In this document: piece by piece, positions 47,500 to 56,726 of the stretch
How positions within the stretch are numbered: the first letter of the stretch is position 1
How the letters are laid out: each line of letters opens with the position of its first letter
Source of the DNA: a virus
IMG/VR virus record: IMGVR_UViG_3300014204_000170
Coordinates: 9,717-73,716 of that record
Reading direction: 5' to 3' (one strand)
Length of the DNA: 64,000 bases
Program-made: the position numbers and the translations under genes
The notes under the pieces: generated by a model
Told to the model about the DNA's origin: nothing
Database searches by the model: none
What the model saw: the letters and a program-made list of their open reading frames with translations, nothing else

Positions 47500-49146
47500 T
47501 TATCTCATTCCATCTGGAAGTATTTTTGGCTCTTCTGCCATACAAACTTCTGTTGTCAATAATATACCACCAGCACTTGAAGCATTTTCAATTGCACTTC
47601 TTTCTACCTTTGTAGGATTTACAATTCCAGAATTAAACATACTATCTACATATTCATTTCTCAAGGCATCGAATCCTCCACCCTCTGACATCGTTTTAAC
47701 GTAATCTACTATAGTTTGACCATCTAGACCACAATTTGTTGCAATACAGTACAGAGGAGCTTCTAGAGCCTTTGAGAGGATACTAAAACCTATAAGCTCA
47801 TCCTTTGTATACTTACCTTCTGAAGTTTCACGCATTATAGCTTCTGATGCTCCAATCAAGGCTACACCTCCACCAGAAACAATACCTTCCTCCAAAGCTG
47901 CTTTTACCGAGTTTACAGCATCTTCTATTTTTAATTTTTGATATTTAGTATCTTGTTCTGTAGCAGCTCCAACTTTTATAATTGCAACCCCACCAGACAA
48001 CTTAGCAATTCTTTCTTCAACCTTAAGTTTATCGTGTTTTGATTCTAATTTCGCAAGTTCAGATTTAGCTAACGCAATACGAGCATCGATAGCTTCCTTT
48101 GTTCCTTTACCTCCAATGATTGTTGTTTTGTCTCTTGTTGACACAACACGAGTTGCAGATCCCAAATCAGATAATTTTACCTTACTCAATGACATACCTA
48201 AATCACTAGCAATAAAGTTGGCACCAACTACAGTTGCAATATCTTCTAGATAATCTCTCTTTCTAAGTCCAAAACCAGGAGCCTTAATAGCTAGAACTGT
48301 TAAAGCACCACGCATTTTATTTACAACGAAAGTATTTAAGGCTTCTCCCACAACATCCTCTGCAATAATTACAAGTTCTCTTTTTCCTGAGTTCATAACT
48401 TCTTCAAGCAATGGAACAATCTCATCAATAGCACCAAGTTTCATATCTGTAACTAAAATAGGAACATCTTTACACACTGCTTCAACTCTACTTATATCTG
48501 TAACCATGTAAGGAGAAATATAACCTTTTTCAAACTCTAATCCTTGAGAAACTTCAGATGAAATTCCAACAGTTGGAGATTCTTCTACTGTTATAACTGA
48601 ATCAACTCCTAATTGTTTAATAGTTTCTGAAATCTTTTTACCAATCTCTTCTGATTCTGATGAAATTATTGCTACTTGTGTAATTTCTTCATCTGTATTA
48701 ATTGGCTTTGCAATAGATTTCAAATATGCAACTCCGACTTTCGAAGCTTTCTCGATACCGTTCTTTATTCCAATAGCATTTACACTTTCTTTTTTAGTAA
48801 AAAATTTATACCATGGTTTTTTACTATTCATAACCTTCATACCTTCATTGAAAATAGATTGCATAATAATAACAGAAGTCGTTCTTCCGTCTCCTGCATT
48901 ATCATTTGTTTTTTGTGCAACTTCTTTTGTAACATTTGCACCCATATTTTGTATAGGATCTTGTAATACAACTTCTCTACTAATCGATCCACTATCATTA
49001 GCAATCGTGGGACCACCAAATCCTCGATCGAATATTACATTACGTCCCTTTGGACCAATTGTAACCTTTGATATATTACCAACTGTATTAACACCAACTG
49101 CTAATTCATCCCTTCCTAAATTCCCGAACAATATTTGTTTTGACAT
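47500..49146 (-). CDS. groEL: chaperonin GroEL (Cpn60)
   Basis: 548 aa; conserved blocks TTATVLA-like DGTTTSVII, GGGVALI and a C-terminal PKILPDGM tail. Confidence 0.85.
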   Translation of the reverse strand: MSKQILFGNLGRDELAVGVNTVGNISKVTIGPKGRNVIFDRGFGGPTIANDSGSISREVVLQDPIQNMGANVTKEVAQKTNDNAGDGRTTSVIIMQSIFNEGMKVMNSKKPWYKFFTKKESVNAIGIKNGIEKASKVGVAYLKSIAKPINTDEEITQVAIISSESEEIGKKISETIKQLGVDSVITVEESPTVGISSEVSQGLEFEKGYISPYMVTDISRVEAVCKDVPILVTDMKLGAIDEIVPLLEEVMNSGKRELVIIAEDVVGEALNTFVVNKMRGALTVLAIKAPGFGLRKRDYLEDIATVVGANFIASDLGMSLSKVKLSDLGSATRVVSTRDKTTIIGGKGTKEAIDARIALAKSELAKLESKHDKLKVEERIAKLSGGVAIIKVGAATEQDTKYQKLKIEDAVNSVKAALEEGIVSGGGVALIGASEAIMRETSEGKYTKDELIGFSILSKALEAPLYCIATNCGLDGQTIVDYVKTMSEGGGFDALRNEYVDSMFNSGIVNPTKVERSAIENASSAGGILLTTEVCMAEEPKILPDGMR

Positions 49147-49184
49147 ATATTTTTTATAATTAATTAATAATATTTATAATAATT

Positions 49185-50579
49185 TTATTTTTTGTACTTA
49201 GCCTCTAATTCTTTTATGTAGTCATCAACCATACTATGATCTTCTTCTACTTTTTCCCCTCCTTCAATTAATTGGTCAATAATTTCTTGTTTTCTTTCAA
49301 TTAATTTTCTCATAAATCCATCTATAGTATCCTTACCTACTATTCTATAAATGTTTAAAGAATCATACACTGCACCTGGACGATGGGCGCGATTTTCGCC
49401 TTGATCTAGGTCAGCAGGATTCCATGGTAAATCTAAGAATATCACATTACTGGCTGCTGTCAATGTTATACCAACTCCAGCACTTCTTGTTCCACCAAAG
49501 AATACATTTATATTTGGATCTTCTTGAAATTTCTTTACCAAAGCACCTCTCTCATCTACTGGTGTATCTCCAAGAAGTAATACTGAATTCTCTTCATACA
49601 TTTCCTCAAGTTCTTTCAATGGAGCGTTAAAGCTTGAGAATACTATAACTTTTTGTCCAGCCTCTATTATATTATCAATCATTTCTCTTGCTGTTGGAAT
49701 TTTACCTATAGCATTTATTTCTCTAAGCAAATTAAGTTTTACTAATTTTTCTGCTTGTAGGGATTTAGCTATCTCCTTATCTGTTTTATCTTTCTTGTAT
49801 TCTTTTAAATATTTAATAAGATTAGCTTCAACTAAGTCGTATTGCTTTCTGGCTTCATCTGGTAATTTAATAGGAACATATATTGGAGGATTTTTAGTAG
49901 GTAATTCAGATAATACTTCTTCCTTTGTTCTTCTTAAAAAATATCTAGATATTCTACCTTTTAATTCCTCAAGATTACTAGCTCCTTTTGCCTCGAAGCC
50001 CCAATACCCTTGTTTGCCTTCACAATATTTAACTGCGTAATGATAATAATTATTCCATGTTTGTGGATCCAAAATTGAAAGCATATTAAACATTTCAATT
50101 GGTCGACTCAATACTGGTGTTCCTGTAAGCATTATTACGTTTGGTATTACTTTTGAAAGAGCCTTAATAACCTTTGAACGTATTGCTGTTGGTGATTTAA
50201 TTAAATGACTCTCATCAACAACTAAGCAATCCCACTTATATTTCATAAATTCATTAAAGAATTTTTTCAATATTTCAAAGTTTATAATAACTAAATTAAC
50301 ATCATGTGGTATATCAGAAAGATTTGTTTTAGAATCTACAACGAAAGATGTTAAATTTGTCCATTTTTCTACTTCATCTTCCCAACAAAATTTTACAGAC
50401 GCGGGACAAACAACCAAAGTTCTATTATGACCACTATGTGACACATACCCTAGAGCCTGTGCTGTTTTACCAACACCTGGACTATCTGCAAGTAATGCTC
50501 TTCCACCACTATCTACTAAAAATTTAATTCCTATTTTTTGATATTCGTACAACTCTTTCTTAATACCATTTATAATCAT
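49185..50579 (-). CDS. SNF2-family helicase (DEAD-like N-terminal and helicase C-terminal domains)
   Basis: LLADSPGVGKT (motif I), VVDESHLIKS (DExH), and C-terminal helicase motifs LLGDT...GGTRSAGVGITLT...QGENRAHRPG. Confidence 0.75.
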   Translation of the reverse strand: MIINGIKKELYEYQKIGIKFLVDSGGRALLADSPGVGKTAQALGYVSHSGHNRTLVVCPASVKFCWEDEVEKWTNLTSFVVDSKTNLSDIPHDVNLVIINFEILKKFFNEFMKYKWDCLVVDESHLIKSPTAIRSKVIKALSKVIPNVIMLTGTPVLSRPIEMFNMLSILDPQTWNNYYHYAVKYCEGKQGYWGFEAKGASNLEELKGRISRYFLRRTKEEVLSELPTKNPPIYVPIKLPDEARKQYDLVEANLIKYLKEYKKDKTDKEIAKSLQAEKLVKLNLLREINAIGKIPTAREMIDNIIEAGQKVIVFSSFNAPLKELEEMYEENSVLLLGDTPVDERGALVKKFQEDPNINVFFGGTRSAGVGITLTAASNVIFLDLPWNPADLDQGENRAHRPGAVYDSLNIYRIVGKDTIDGFMRKLIERKQEIIDQLIEGGEKVEEDHSMVDDYIKELEAKYKK

Positions 50580-50581
50580 AA

Positions 50582-50794
50582 CTATTTTTTACATTTTATA
50601 TCTTTTAATGTTTTACCTTTCATTTTTAAATCTCCTATTTTTTCAACTATCGCTATTGTTTTTTCTAAATCAAAAACATTCATACGTCCAACCTTAGTGA
50701 TTGGAACGATAAGTCCCATGGTGAAGTAGTAAGCAAGTTTGCTTTTATTAATACCTAATTTTAATGCGATTTCTCCCAATGATGATTGCTTCAT
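50582..50794 (-). CDS. small HTH DNA-binding protein; annotated start corrected
   Basis: The ORF-track start at 50863 is a TTG that sits inside a TTGACA -35 box. A more plausible start is MKQSSLGEIALKLGINKSKLAYYF (helix-turn-helix) at about 50794. Confidence 0.4.
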   Translation of the reverse strand: MKQSSLGEIALKLGINKSKLAYYFTMGLIVPITKVGRMNVFDLEKTIAIVEKIGDLKMKGKTLKDIKCKK

Positions 50795-50833
50795 AAATTT
50801 ATTCTTTATTCTATTAATTACTGATATGTATCC

Positions 50834-50863
50834 ATTATACTCTATTGCCTTGCCACTTGTCAA
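50834..50863 (-). promoter_or_regulatory. promoter TTGACA-18-TATAAT (minus strand)
   Basis: Plus strand ATTATA...TGTCAA, with the ACTTGTCAAGT family motif. Confidence 0.5.
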
Positions 50864-50865
50864 GT

Positions 50866-51054
50866 TTAATATCTATTAAATACATGATGCCTAAAACTAC
50901 GATGATCACCCTCTGATGTTAAGTGCCATGCACCACATTGATCACATTCATATTCCCTCATTTCTATTCTATGAAGTTTCATTGTAAGGTTTTTAAATGA
51001 TATTGCCCCCTTTTTATCTAACATTTGTTTCCCTGATGGACATTCTGTTTTCAT
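50866..51054 (-). CDS. small zinc-finger protein
   Basis: CPSGK...CDQCG, 62 aa. Confidence 0.35.
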   Translation of the reverse strand: MKTECPSGKQMLDKKGAISFKNLTMKLHRIEMREYECDQCGAWHLTSEGDHRSFRHHVFNRY

Positions 51055-51230
51055 GTTAATCTATAGTTTGGTTTTTAACACTAAATCTACATCCTGATGC
51101 AAGTTCGGCCATTAACCACTTTCCTATTACATATAAATCCACTATTTTATTTTCTGGACTTATAAATAGCTTAAGAAAAGCTAGTGCATTTGAGTTAATT
51201 GCTGTTTGTTGTTTAATTTTTTTCATTATT

Positions 51231-51485
51231 TTAAAGTATTATTGTTTTAACTTGTTTATAATCTTGTTTTTCACTTACATCTTCTGCTAATTCATGAGGA
51301 CCTTCCCACCAGACACTTTCATCATTGTAATCCAAGCACATGTCTACGATAGTTCCACTTGGTACAATATCACAATAACCACCTTCATATCCATTTGTCA
51401 TAACTATTGTATCTTCTGGTAATTTTTCAAGAAACTTAATTAATTGTTTTATGTTCATTATATTCACCAATTTCTGGCTTATCAT
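51231..51485 (-). CDS. hypothetical protein
   Basis: 84-aa ORF overlapping the upstream gene's end. Confidence 0.3.
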   Translation of the reverse strand: MISQKLVNIMNIKQLIKFLEKLPEDTIVMTNGYEGGYCDIVPSGTIVDMCLDYNDESVWWEGPHELAEDVSEKQDYKQVKTIIL

Positions 51486-52164
51486 TATTAATAATCAAAT
51501 ATTCATTTCCTGGCTCCAAAGTATCAATAAAAAATATATCATCAGTAATCTGGATATGTTTTTGGTGAGTATGTCCAACAACCTGTTTAAATCCTACTAT
51601 TTTATCTTCTAGTAAACTTTTAGGTCTAACCCAGAAAGGTGATTGAGTTACATCATCTCCATAATTACTATGATTTTTCCCTTCTATAAAACAAAATGAT
51701 CTAGGGTAATCAAGAAAAATACGATTAACTGAATCTTCTATAGTTTTGATATTTCCCCCACTATTACGCAACCAAGTTTTAGTTATTCCAGCATGAGTAA
51801 ATACCCAATTTTTATAAGAATAACAAGCTTGAAGCATTCCATCTTCTATTGCTAGTTCTAATAGAGAAGAAATTTTAGATTTTTTATCAGCTTGATATCC
51901 ACTGTAGTGTTCTCCGACATATGATAAATATTGATAATCATGATTTCCAAGTAATAAAACAACCTTATCTGGACTACCATACTTAAAAGCCAAGATATTT
52001 TTAAAATTCTCTAACTGTTGTTCGAATGGTACCTCAAAACTATCAAAATAATCTCCAAGAAAAATCACCTTACTAAAGGGTTGTTTAATTATTTCTTGCC
52101 ACTTATTTAATCCATGGACATCTCCTAAGGCAATTATTTTATTTTTTACTTGATTTTTTTTCAT
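51436..52164 (-). CDS. calcineurin-like metallophosphoesterase (Ser/Thr phosphatase family)
   Basis: IIALGDVHG, FLGDYFDSFE, LLLGNHDYQ, THAGIT and VVGHTHQ phosphoesterase motifs. Confidence 0.65.
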   Translation of the reverse strand: MKKNQVKNKIIALGDVHGLNKWQEIIKQPFSKVIFLGDYFDSFEVPFEQQLENFKNILAFKYGSPDKVVLLLGNHDYQYLSYVGEHYSGYQADKKSKISSLLELAIEDGMLQACYSYKNWVFTHAGITKTWLRNSGGNIKTIEDSVNRIFLDYPRSFCFIEGKNHSNYGDDVTQSPFWVRPKSLLEDKIVGFKQVVGHTHQKHIQITDDIFFIDTLEPGNEYLIINNDKPEIGEYNEHKTIN

Positions 52165-52169
52165 TTTAA

Positions 52170-52592
52170 TTAACTATTTAAATGCTTAATTATCCTAAAC
52201 ATAATATCATCTGTTATACCTAAATCAAATGATGTATTAAAGAAATTTGGTAATTGTTCTAAAAGAATATCTATATCATCATCAATAATGGCATATTTTT
52301 TAACTTCTGGATGCGCAGTTAACCAAGCGGCTATTTCATCACCTCTTTCTTTTTTATTTAGATCAGTTGACTCTATTGTGGAATCAAATACTTTACATAT
52401 TTTTTCTTCGACCTTAGATACTAACACAGGACTAAGTCTCCACATAGAAGACAACACAACATTACATCCTGTTGATAATTGTATAGCCTTTATTTTATTT
52501 GCCAAAATTTCATCTATTTCATCAATTGGATTTCTCGCAAAAGATTCCTTATTGTTAACCACGCCATCTATATCGAGGAATAAGATTTTCAT
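52170..52592 (-). CDS. HAD-like phosphatase
   Basis: LFLDIDGVVNN motif I; 140 aa. Confidence 0.5.
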   Translation of the reverse strand: MKILFLDIDGVVNNKESFARNPIDEIDEILANKIKAIQLSTGCNVVLSSMWRLSPVLVSKVEEKICKVFDSTIESTDLNKKERGDEIAAWLTAHPEVKKYAIIDDDIDILLEQLPNFFNTSFDLGITDDIMFRIIKHLNS

Positions 52593-52624
52593 ATTTTATA
52601 TTTCATTTAATTAATAATAACTTA

Positions 52625-52653
52625 AGTATATACCCATTCGATTTACTTGTCAA
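52625..52653 (-). promoter_or_regulatory. consensus promoter TTGACA-17-TATACT (minus strand)
   Basis: Spacer AGTAAATCGAATGGGTA; family motif ACTTGACAAGT. Confidence 0.6.
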
Positions 52654-52661
52654 GTGTAAAG

Positions 52662-53018
52662 TTATACCTTCTTTTTAGTTTCTTTTATTTGTTTATGTTC
52701 CTTGTGCCATTCATATGCCATTACATTCCAAATAATCGCACTTGCGTGATCCTCATCTTTATCACCCCTTATCCATGCAATAAAATGTCTCCAAGCACTA
52801 GCAATAAATCTTTTATATTCAATCTCAGAATTGGCTTTTCTCCAGTTATTTTCATCATATTTTACAGCACCTCTTTGATATAACCCAGCTAGTCTTGTAA
52901 GTAATTCATGAGGTATTAAATCATATCTAGGTTTACCTTCTGCTGTGTCTCTCTGAAAACCTCCTTCATAATTAACTCTTTTTCCACTATCTTTTGTTGT
53001 GTAAATTTTTTCTTGCAT
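52662..53018 (-). CDS. phage dNTP pyrophosphohydrolase-like protein (MazG/dGTP-diphosphohydrolase N-domain-like)
   Basis: KPRYDLIPHELLTRLAGLYQRGAVKYDENNWRKA resembles the conserved block of phage nucleotide pyrophosphohydrolases; called from memory. Confidence 0.35.
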   Translation of the reverse strand: MQEKIYTTKDSGKRVNYEGGFQRDTAEGKPRYDLIPHELLTRLAGLYQRGAVKYDENNWRKANSEIEYKRFIASAWRHFIAWIRGDKDEDHASAIIWNVMAYEWHKEHKQIKETKKKV

Positions 53019-53122
53019 ATTATTTTATAATTAATAATGCTAATAATACAATTATAAATAAACCTAAGTAATAACATATTTTCAATATTATCTCAAGAAA
53101 CTTATATTGTTTCAATTTCATA

Positions 53123-54136
53123 TTATTTATCCCAAGTAAACCCTTCTCCAAAATGACCAAATTGTGCAGTCTTTTCAAATTGTGGTTCTCTTAATTTAAG
53201 AAACTTAATAATACCCTGTGGTGTTAAGTCATAATTATTTTCTTTTAATAAGTCAATATTAATTATTCTATCATGACCAGACATATCACTAGACTCACCA
53301 CTTATCTGGACTGTTGCCATGACTGGTTGTATAACTCCAATAGCATATGCAATTTTTACTGTTACGTCTTTTTCTGTAGGATTTTTTTTTATATAATCTA
53401 CAGCTATCTTGCGAGCCATATATGCACCAGAACGATCAACCTTAGTTGCATCCTTACCTGAGAAACATCCACCACCAATAGCAACTTGTGGTCCATAATT
53501 ATCTACTATAAGTTTTCTACCAGTTAAACCTGTATCTGCTTCAAATCCTCCTTGTACCCAATCTCCTGCTGGATTTGCGAGAACTGAAAACTTAATTATA
53601 TCTTCTTCTTCAAGACCTAAAAATGCGTACCATGTAAAAATAGCTTCTTTTAATTCTTTACTTGTAGTATTTTGAAAACTAGCAATAATTGTCTCGATTT
53701 GATTTTCATCATTTAGTGTTATTTGCGTTTTTCCATCATAAGGATACATTGCAAATAAAAACTTACACAATGATCTTGCTAAAAATAATTCTTGAGGTAT
53801 CATTTCTTTATTATCATTACAAGCATAACCAACCATAATACCTTGGTCACCTGCACCTTCTGCATCAACACCACGAGCAATTTCTGAACTTTGTTGTACT
53901 ATATTAACTTGAACACCATATTGATTGCCCGCTATACCTTGCGCAATTTCTCGGATATTAATATACGCCTTAGTTGTTAATTCTCCTGTAATCGTTATTA
54001 TTCCATGCCCTCCCATGGTTTCTACTGCAACTCTACTCATAGGATCTTGTTTTAAACACGCGTCAAGAATCGCGTCGCTTATCCTGTCACATAATTTATC
54101 TGGGTGTCTTGGCGTTACCGCCTCTGCTGTTTTCAT
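53123..54136 (-). CDS. metK: S-adenosylmethionine synthetase
   Basis: HPDKLCDRISDAILD, GAGDQGIMVGYA and GGGCFSGKDATKVDRSGAYMAR signature blocks. Confidence 0.85.
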   Translation of the reverse strand: MKTAEAVTPRHPDKLCDRISDAILDACLKQDPMSRVAVETMGGHGIITITGELTTKAYINIREIAQGIAGNQYGVQVNIVQQSSEIARGVDAEGAGDQGIMVGYACNDNKEMIPQELFLARSLCKFLFAMYPYDGKTQITLNDENQIETIIASFQNTTSKELKEAIFTWYAFLGLEEEDIIKFSVLANPAGDWVQGGFEADTGLTGRKLIVDNYGPQVAIGGGCFSGKDATKVDRSGAYMARKIAVDYIKKNPTEKDVTVKIAYAIGVIQPVMATVQISGESSDMSGHDRIINIDLLKENNYDLTPQGIIKFLKLREPQFEKTAQFGHFGEGFTWDK

Positions 54137-54307
54137 ATATATTATTTAAGAATGATGCAGTAAAACTGGGGGATGTAGGATAGTACTTTTGTTGTTTGAT
54201 TTTCCTTGCTCAAACTACAAGGTCATTTTAGTTTAACATTACCTATGTAATACTTAGGATACTACGGATTGCTACTGTATCCCCCCATTTTGCTGCACCA
54301 CTCCTTA

Positions 54308-54820
54308 TTATTTTTTAATTGTTGATAAAATTTTTAAGACCTTTTTTAATCTCTTTTCTTTTGAACCAGTTATAGTATGATAGTTAAATATACCAGAATT
54401 TAAAATATGTTGAATAGCCTTATCTATATTCTTTTGGAATTCTATATCAGTAGATCTAAGTCCATCATTCTCTATGGGAAATTCAATAGGTATATAAAAT
54501 ACAATATCATAATGAGCTTTAGCTAACCAGTAATTGATATAATTTAAAAGTTTTTCGTTGCCTTCAAATAAAACCATACAATAAGCAAGAATATCAATAA
54601 TACCTCTATCTGCAATAAAACTTTCCTCTAACTCTAATAATATTTGACGTTGCAACATTATTCTTTCAAATTCTTCTGTTGCTCCACTGTCTAAGCTGTA
54701 TCCTTCTTCTATCATTTGTCTAGCTACTTCTGGTAATATTTTTATCCATATACTACTTGAAACCTCTTTCACTAAAGTTGTTTTTCCAACACCTTGTGCT
54801 CCTGTAAATAAGATTTTCAT
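54308..54820 (-). CDS. P-loop kinase-like protein
   Basis: ILFTGAQGVGKTTL Walker A; 170 aa. Confidence 0.4.
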   Translation of the reverse strand: MKILFTGAQGVGKTTLVKEVSSSIWIKILPEVARQMIEEGYSLDSGATEEFERIMLQRQILLELEESFIADRGIIDILAYCMVLFEGNEKLLNYINYWLAKAHYDIVFYIPIEFPIENDGLRSTDIEFQKNIDKAIQHILNSGIFNYHTITGSKEKRLKKVLKILSTIKK

Positions 54821-56028
54821 TATGATATTCTATATTTAACTTGCTCTTCGGTTTCTTTATCTATAGAAATTTTGAGAGCTTCTAATTTTAATAATGCTAC
54901 ATTTTTGTCTATTTCAGTAGGTACATTATAAACCCTATTATCTTTTACTATTAATGGATGCTTAACTAAATATTCCAAACTTAATGCTTGGTTAGCAAAA
55001 GACATATCCATTACTTCTGATGGGTGTCCTTCTGCTGCTGATAAGTTAACAAGTCTACCTTCTGATAATAAATTAATTCTAGTTGGAAAATCTGGATCAG
55101 ATGGATCATCAATTAATGTATATTCAGTTATATCGTCACTAATTTTGGTGATTTTTTTTGCATTAATTTCAAGAAATTTTCTATTTATTTCTATGTCAAA
55201 ATGTCCAGAATTTGCAATAATAGCTCCATCTTTTAGATTATTGATTTCCTTATTTAACACATTTACACTCCCTGTAACTGTTACAATTATATCAGCCTTA
55301 AAAGCAGCCATCTTCATTTCCATTACTTTAAAACCATCCATATGAGCCTGTAACGCTCTAATAGGGTCTATTTCGGTAATAATAACGTTACATCCCATCC
55401 CGCGTGCTCTTTGTGCTAAACCTTTTCCACAAAAACCATAACCAGCAACCACAAATGTTTTACCAGCCAGGAGAACATTAGTAGATCTTATTATTCCATC
55501 AAGTGTACTTTGTCCAGTACCATACACATTATCAAATAAATGTTTTGTATCTGCATCATTAACTGCAATAATGGGATATTTCAAATCCATATGTTTTATA
55601 CGGGTAACTCCAGTTGTTGTTTCTTCAAGTCCTCCTTTAGGAAAAATATTACTTGTTTTATGAATTAAAGTAGTTAGATCTGCTCCATCATCTATTATAT
55701 AATCTGGATTAACATCTGCTACAAATTTTAAACCCATATCATATTCTTCTTGGCCCATGCCCTTTTTACCACGAATAAACATTTTTCCATAAGTTTTTAA
55801 ATAATCAACAACATCATCTTGCGTAGAAAGAGGGTTAGAAGCACATGCTACAACATTAGCACCACCTGCTTGAAGTGCTAATAATAAAATAGCTGTTTCT
55901 TTTGTTAGATGTAGACATACACCAACTTTTAATCCAGAAAATGGTTTAGTTTTCTCAAACTGTTCTGTTATTTTTGCCATTACGGGCATTTGTTTTTTTG
56001 TCCATTCTATTTTATGTTCTATATTCAT
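54820..56028 (-). CDS. ahcY: adenosylhomocysteinase (SAH hydrolase)
   Basis: 402 aa; NAD-binding VAGYGFCGKGLAQRARGMG, ITEIDPIRALQA, and a C-terminal KLEALKISID-type helix. Confidence 0.8.
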   Translation of the reverse strand: MNIEHKIEWTKKQMPVMAKITEQFEKTKPFSGLKVGVCLHLTKETAILLLALQAGGANVVACASNPLSTQDDVVDYLKTYGKMFIRGKKGMGQEEYDMGLKFVADVNPDYIIDDGADLTTLIHKTSNIFPKGGLEETTTGVTRIKHMDLKYPIIAVNDADTKHLFDNVYGTGQSTLDGIIRSTNVLLAGKTFVVAGYGFCGKGLAQRARGMGCNVIITEIDPIRALQAHMDGFKVMEMKMAAFKADIIVTVTGSVNVLNKEINNLKDGAIIANSGHFDIEINRKFLEINAKKITKISDDITEYTLIDDPSDPDFPTRINLLSEGRLVNLSAAEGHPSEVMDMSFANQALSLEYLVKHPLIVKDNRVYNVPTEIDKNVALLKLEALKISIDKETEEQVKYRIS

Positions 56029-56029
56029 T

Positions 56030-56257
56030 TTATTTAATACTATATACTACTGGTTTACCCGCTTTTAATGCCTCCTCTCTTTCCATTTTACGAATTTTGA
56101 AACGCGCTATTTTTTTTATTACTCTTTTTTTAATTCCTTCTTTTTTATTATTCCAAGCCTTAGAATTAAAAGGTGAACCTAATGTTCCTTTCATTAATTT
56201 TTCTTCCTTAGATTGCATTGCTACTGCTTTCTTTTTGAATATTTTGTGATTTTTCAT
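56030..56257 (-). CDS. hypothetical basic protein
   Basis: 75-aa ORF. Confidence 0.3.
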   Translation of the reverse strand: MKNHKIFKKKAVAMQSKEEKLMKGTLGSPFNSKAWNNKKEGIKKRVIKKIARFKIRKMEREEALKAGKPVVYSIK

Positions 56258-56365
56258 AATTTTTTTGAGAGCAATCTGGGCAAATTATTTTAAACTTTTC
56301 TTTTGACCTAAATGGCTCATGACACTTCCTACAAATACATCTATGTTTTTTATTACTTGACATTT

Positions 56366-56725
56366 TTAATTTGAATATCTATTAATACAATCCTGTAAAT
56401 TTTCAGCTTGTTTTACTGCCTTTAAACACTCTATCTTAGCACTTGAATCTGTAATTGATTCACAATCTTTATTAAGTATTATCTTATTTTCTTCTGTTTG
56501 TTGAGTTTTATCAGTAGTTTCCGATTTAGACCTATCAAATTTATCAGATATAGGTGATTCCTCTTTTGTTATTTGTTTTATTTTATCTGACATCTTACAT
56601 CCATCATGTGTTGGATCTGCTTTACATCTAGCAGTTTTCAAACTAGCCAAAACTACAGTAGATAATATTCCAATAATAGCAATAACAACAAGTAATTCAA
56701 TTAAAGTAAATCCTTTATTTTTCAT
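56366..56725 (-). CDS. type IV pilin / pseudopilin-like protein with class III (prepilin peptidase) signal
   Basis: N-terminus MKNKG|FTLIELLVVIAIIGILSTVV is the canonical prepilin cleavage/methylation motif; the C-terminus has a Cys pair. Confidence 0.6.
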   Translation of the reverse strand: MKNKGFTLIELLVVIAIIGILSTVVLASLKTARCKADPTHDGCKMSDKIKQITKEESPISDKFDRSKSETTDKTQQTEENKIILNKDCESITDSSAKIECLKAVKQAENLQDCINRYSN

Positions 56726-56726
56726 A

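Noticed and set aside
48676-49159. ORFs 48676-48966(+), 48837-49019(-) and 48848-49159(+) within groEL
   Set aside because: Shadow ORFs inside a highly conserved chaperonin gene.
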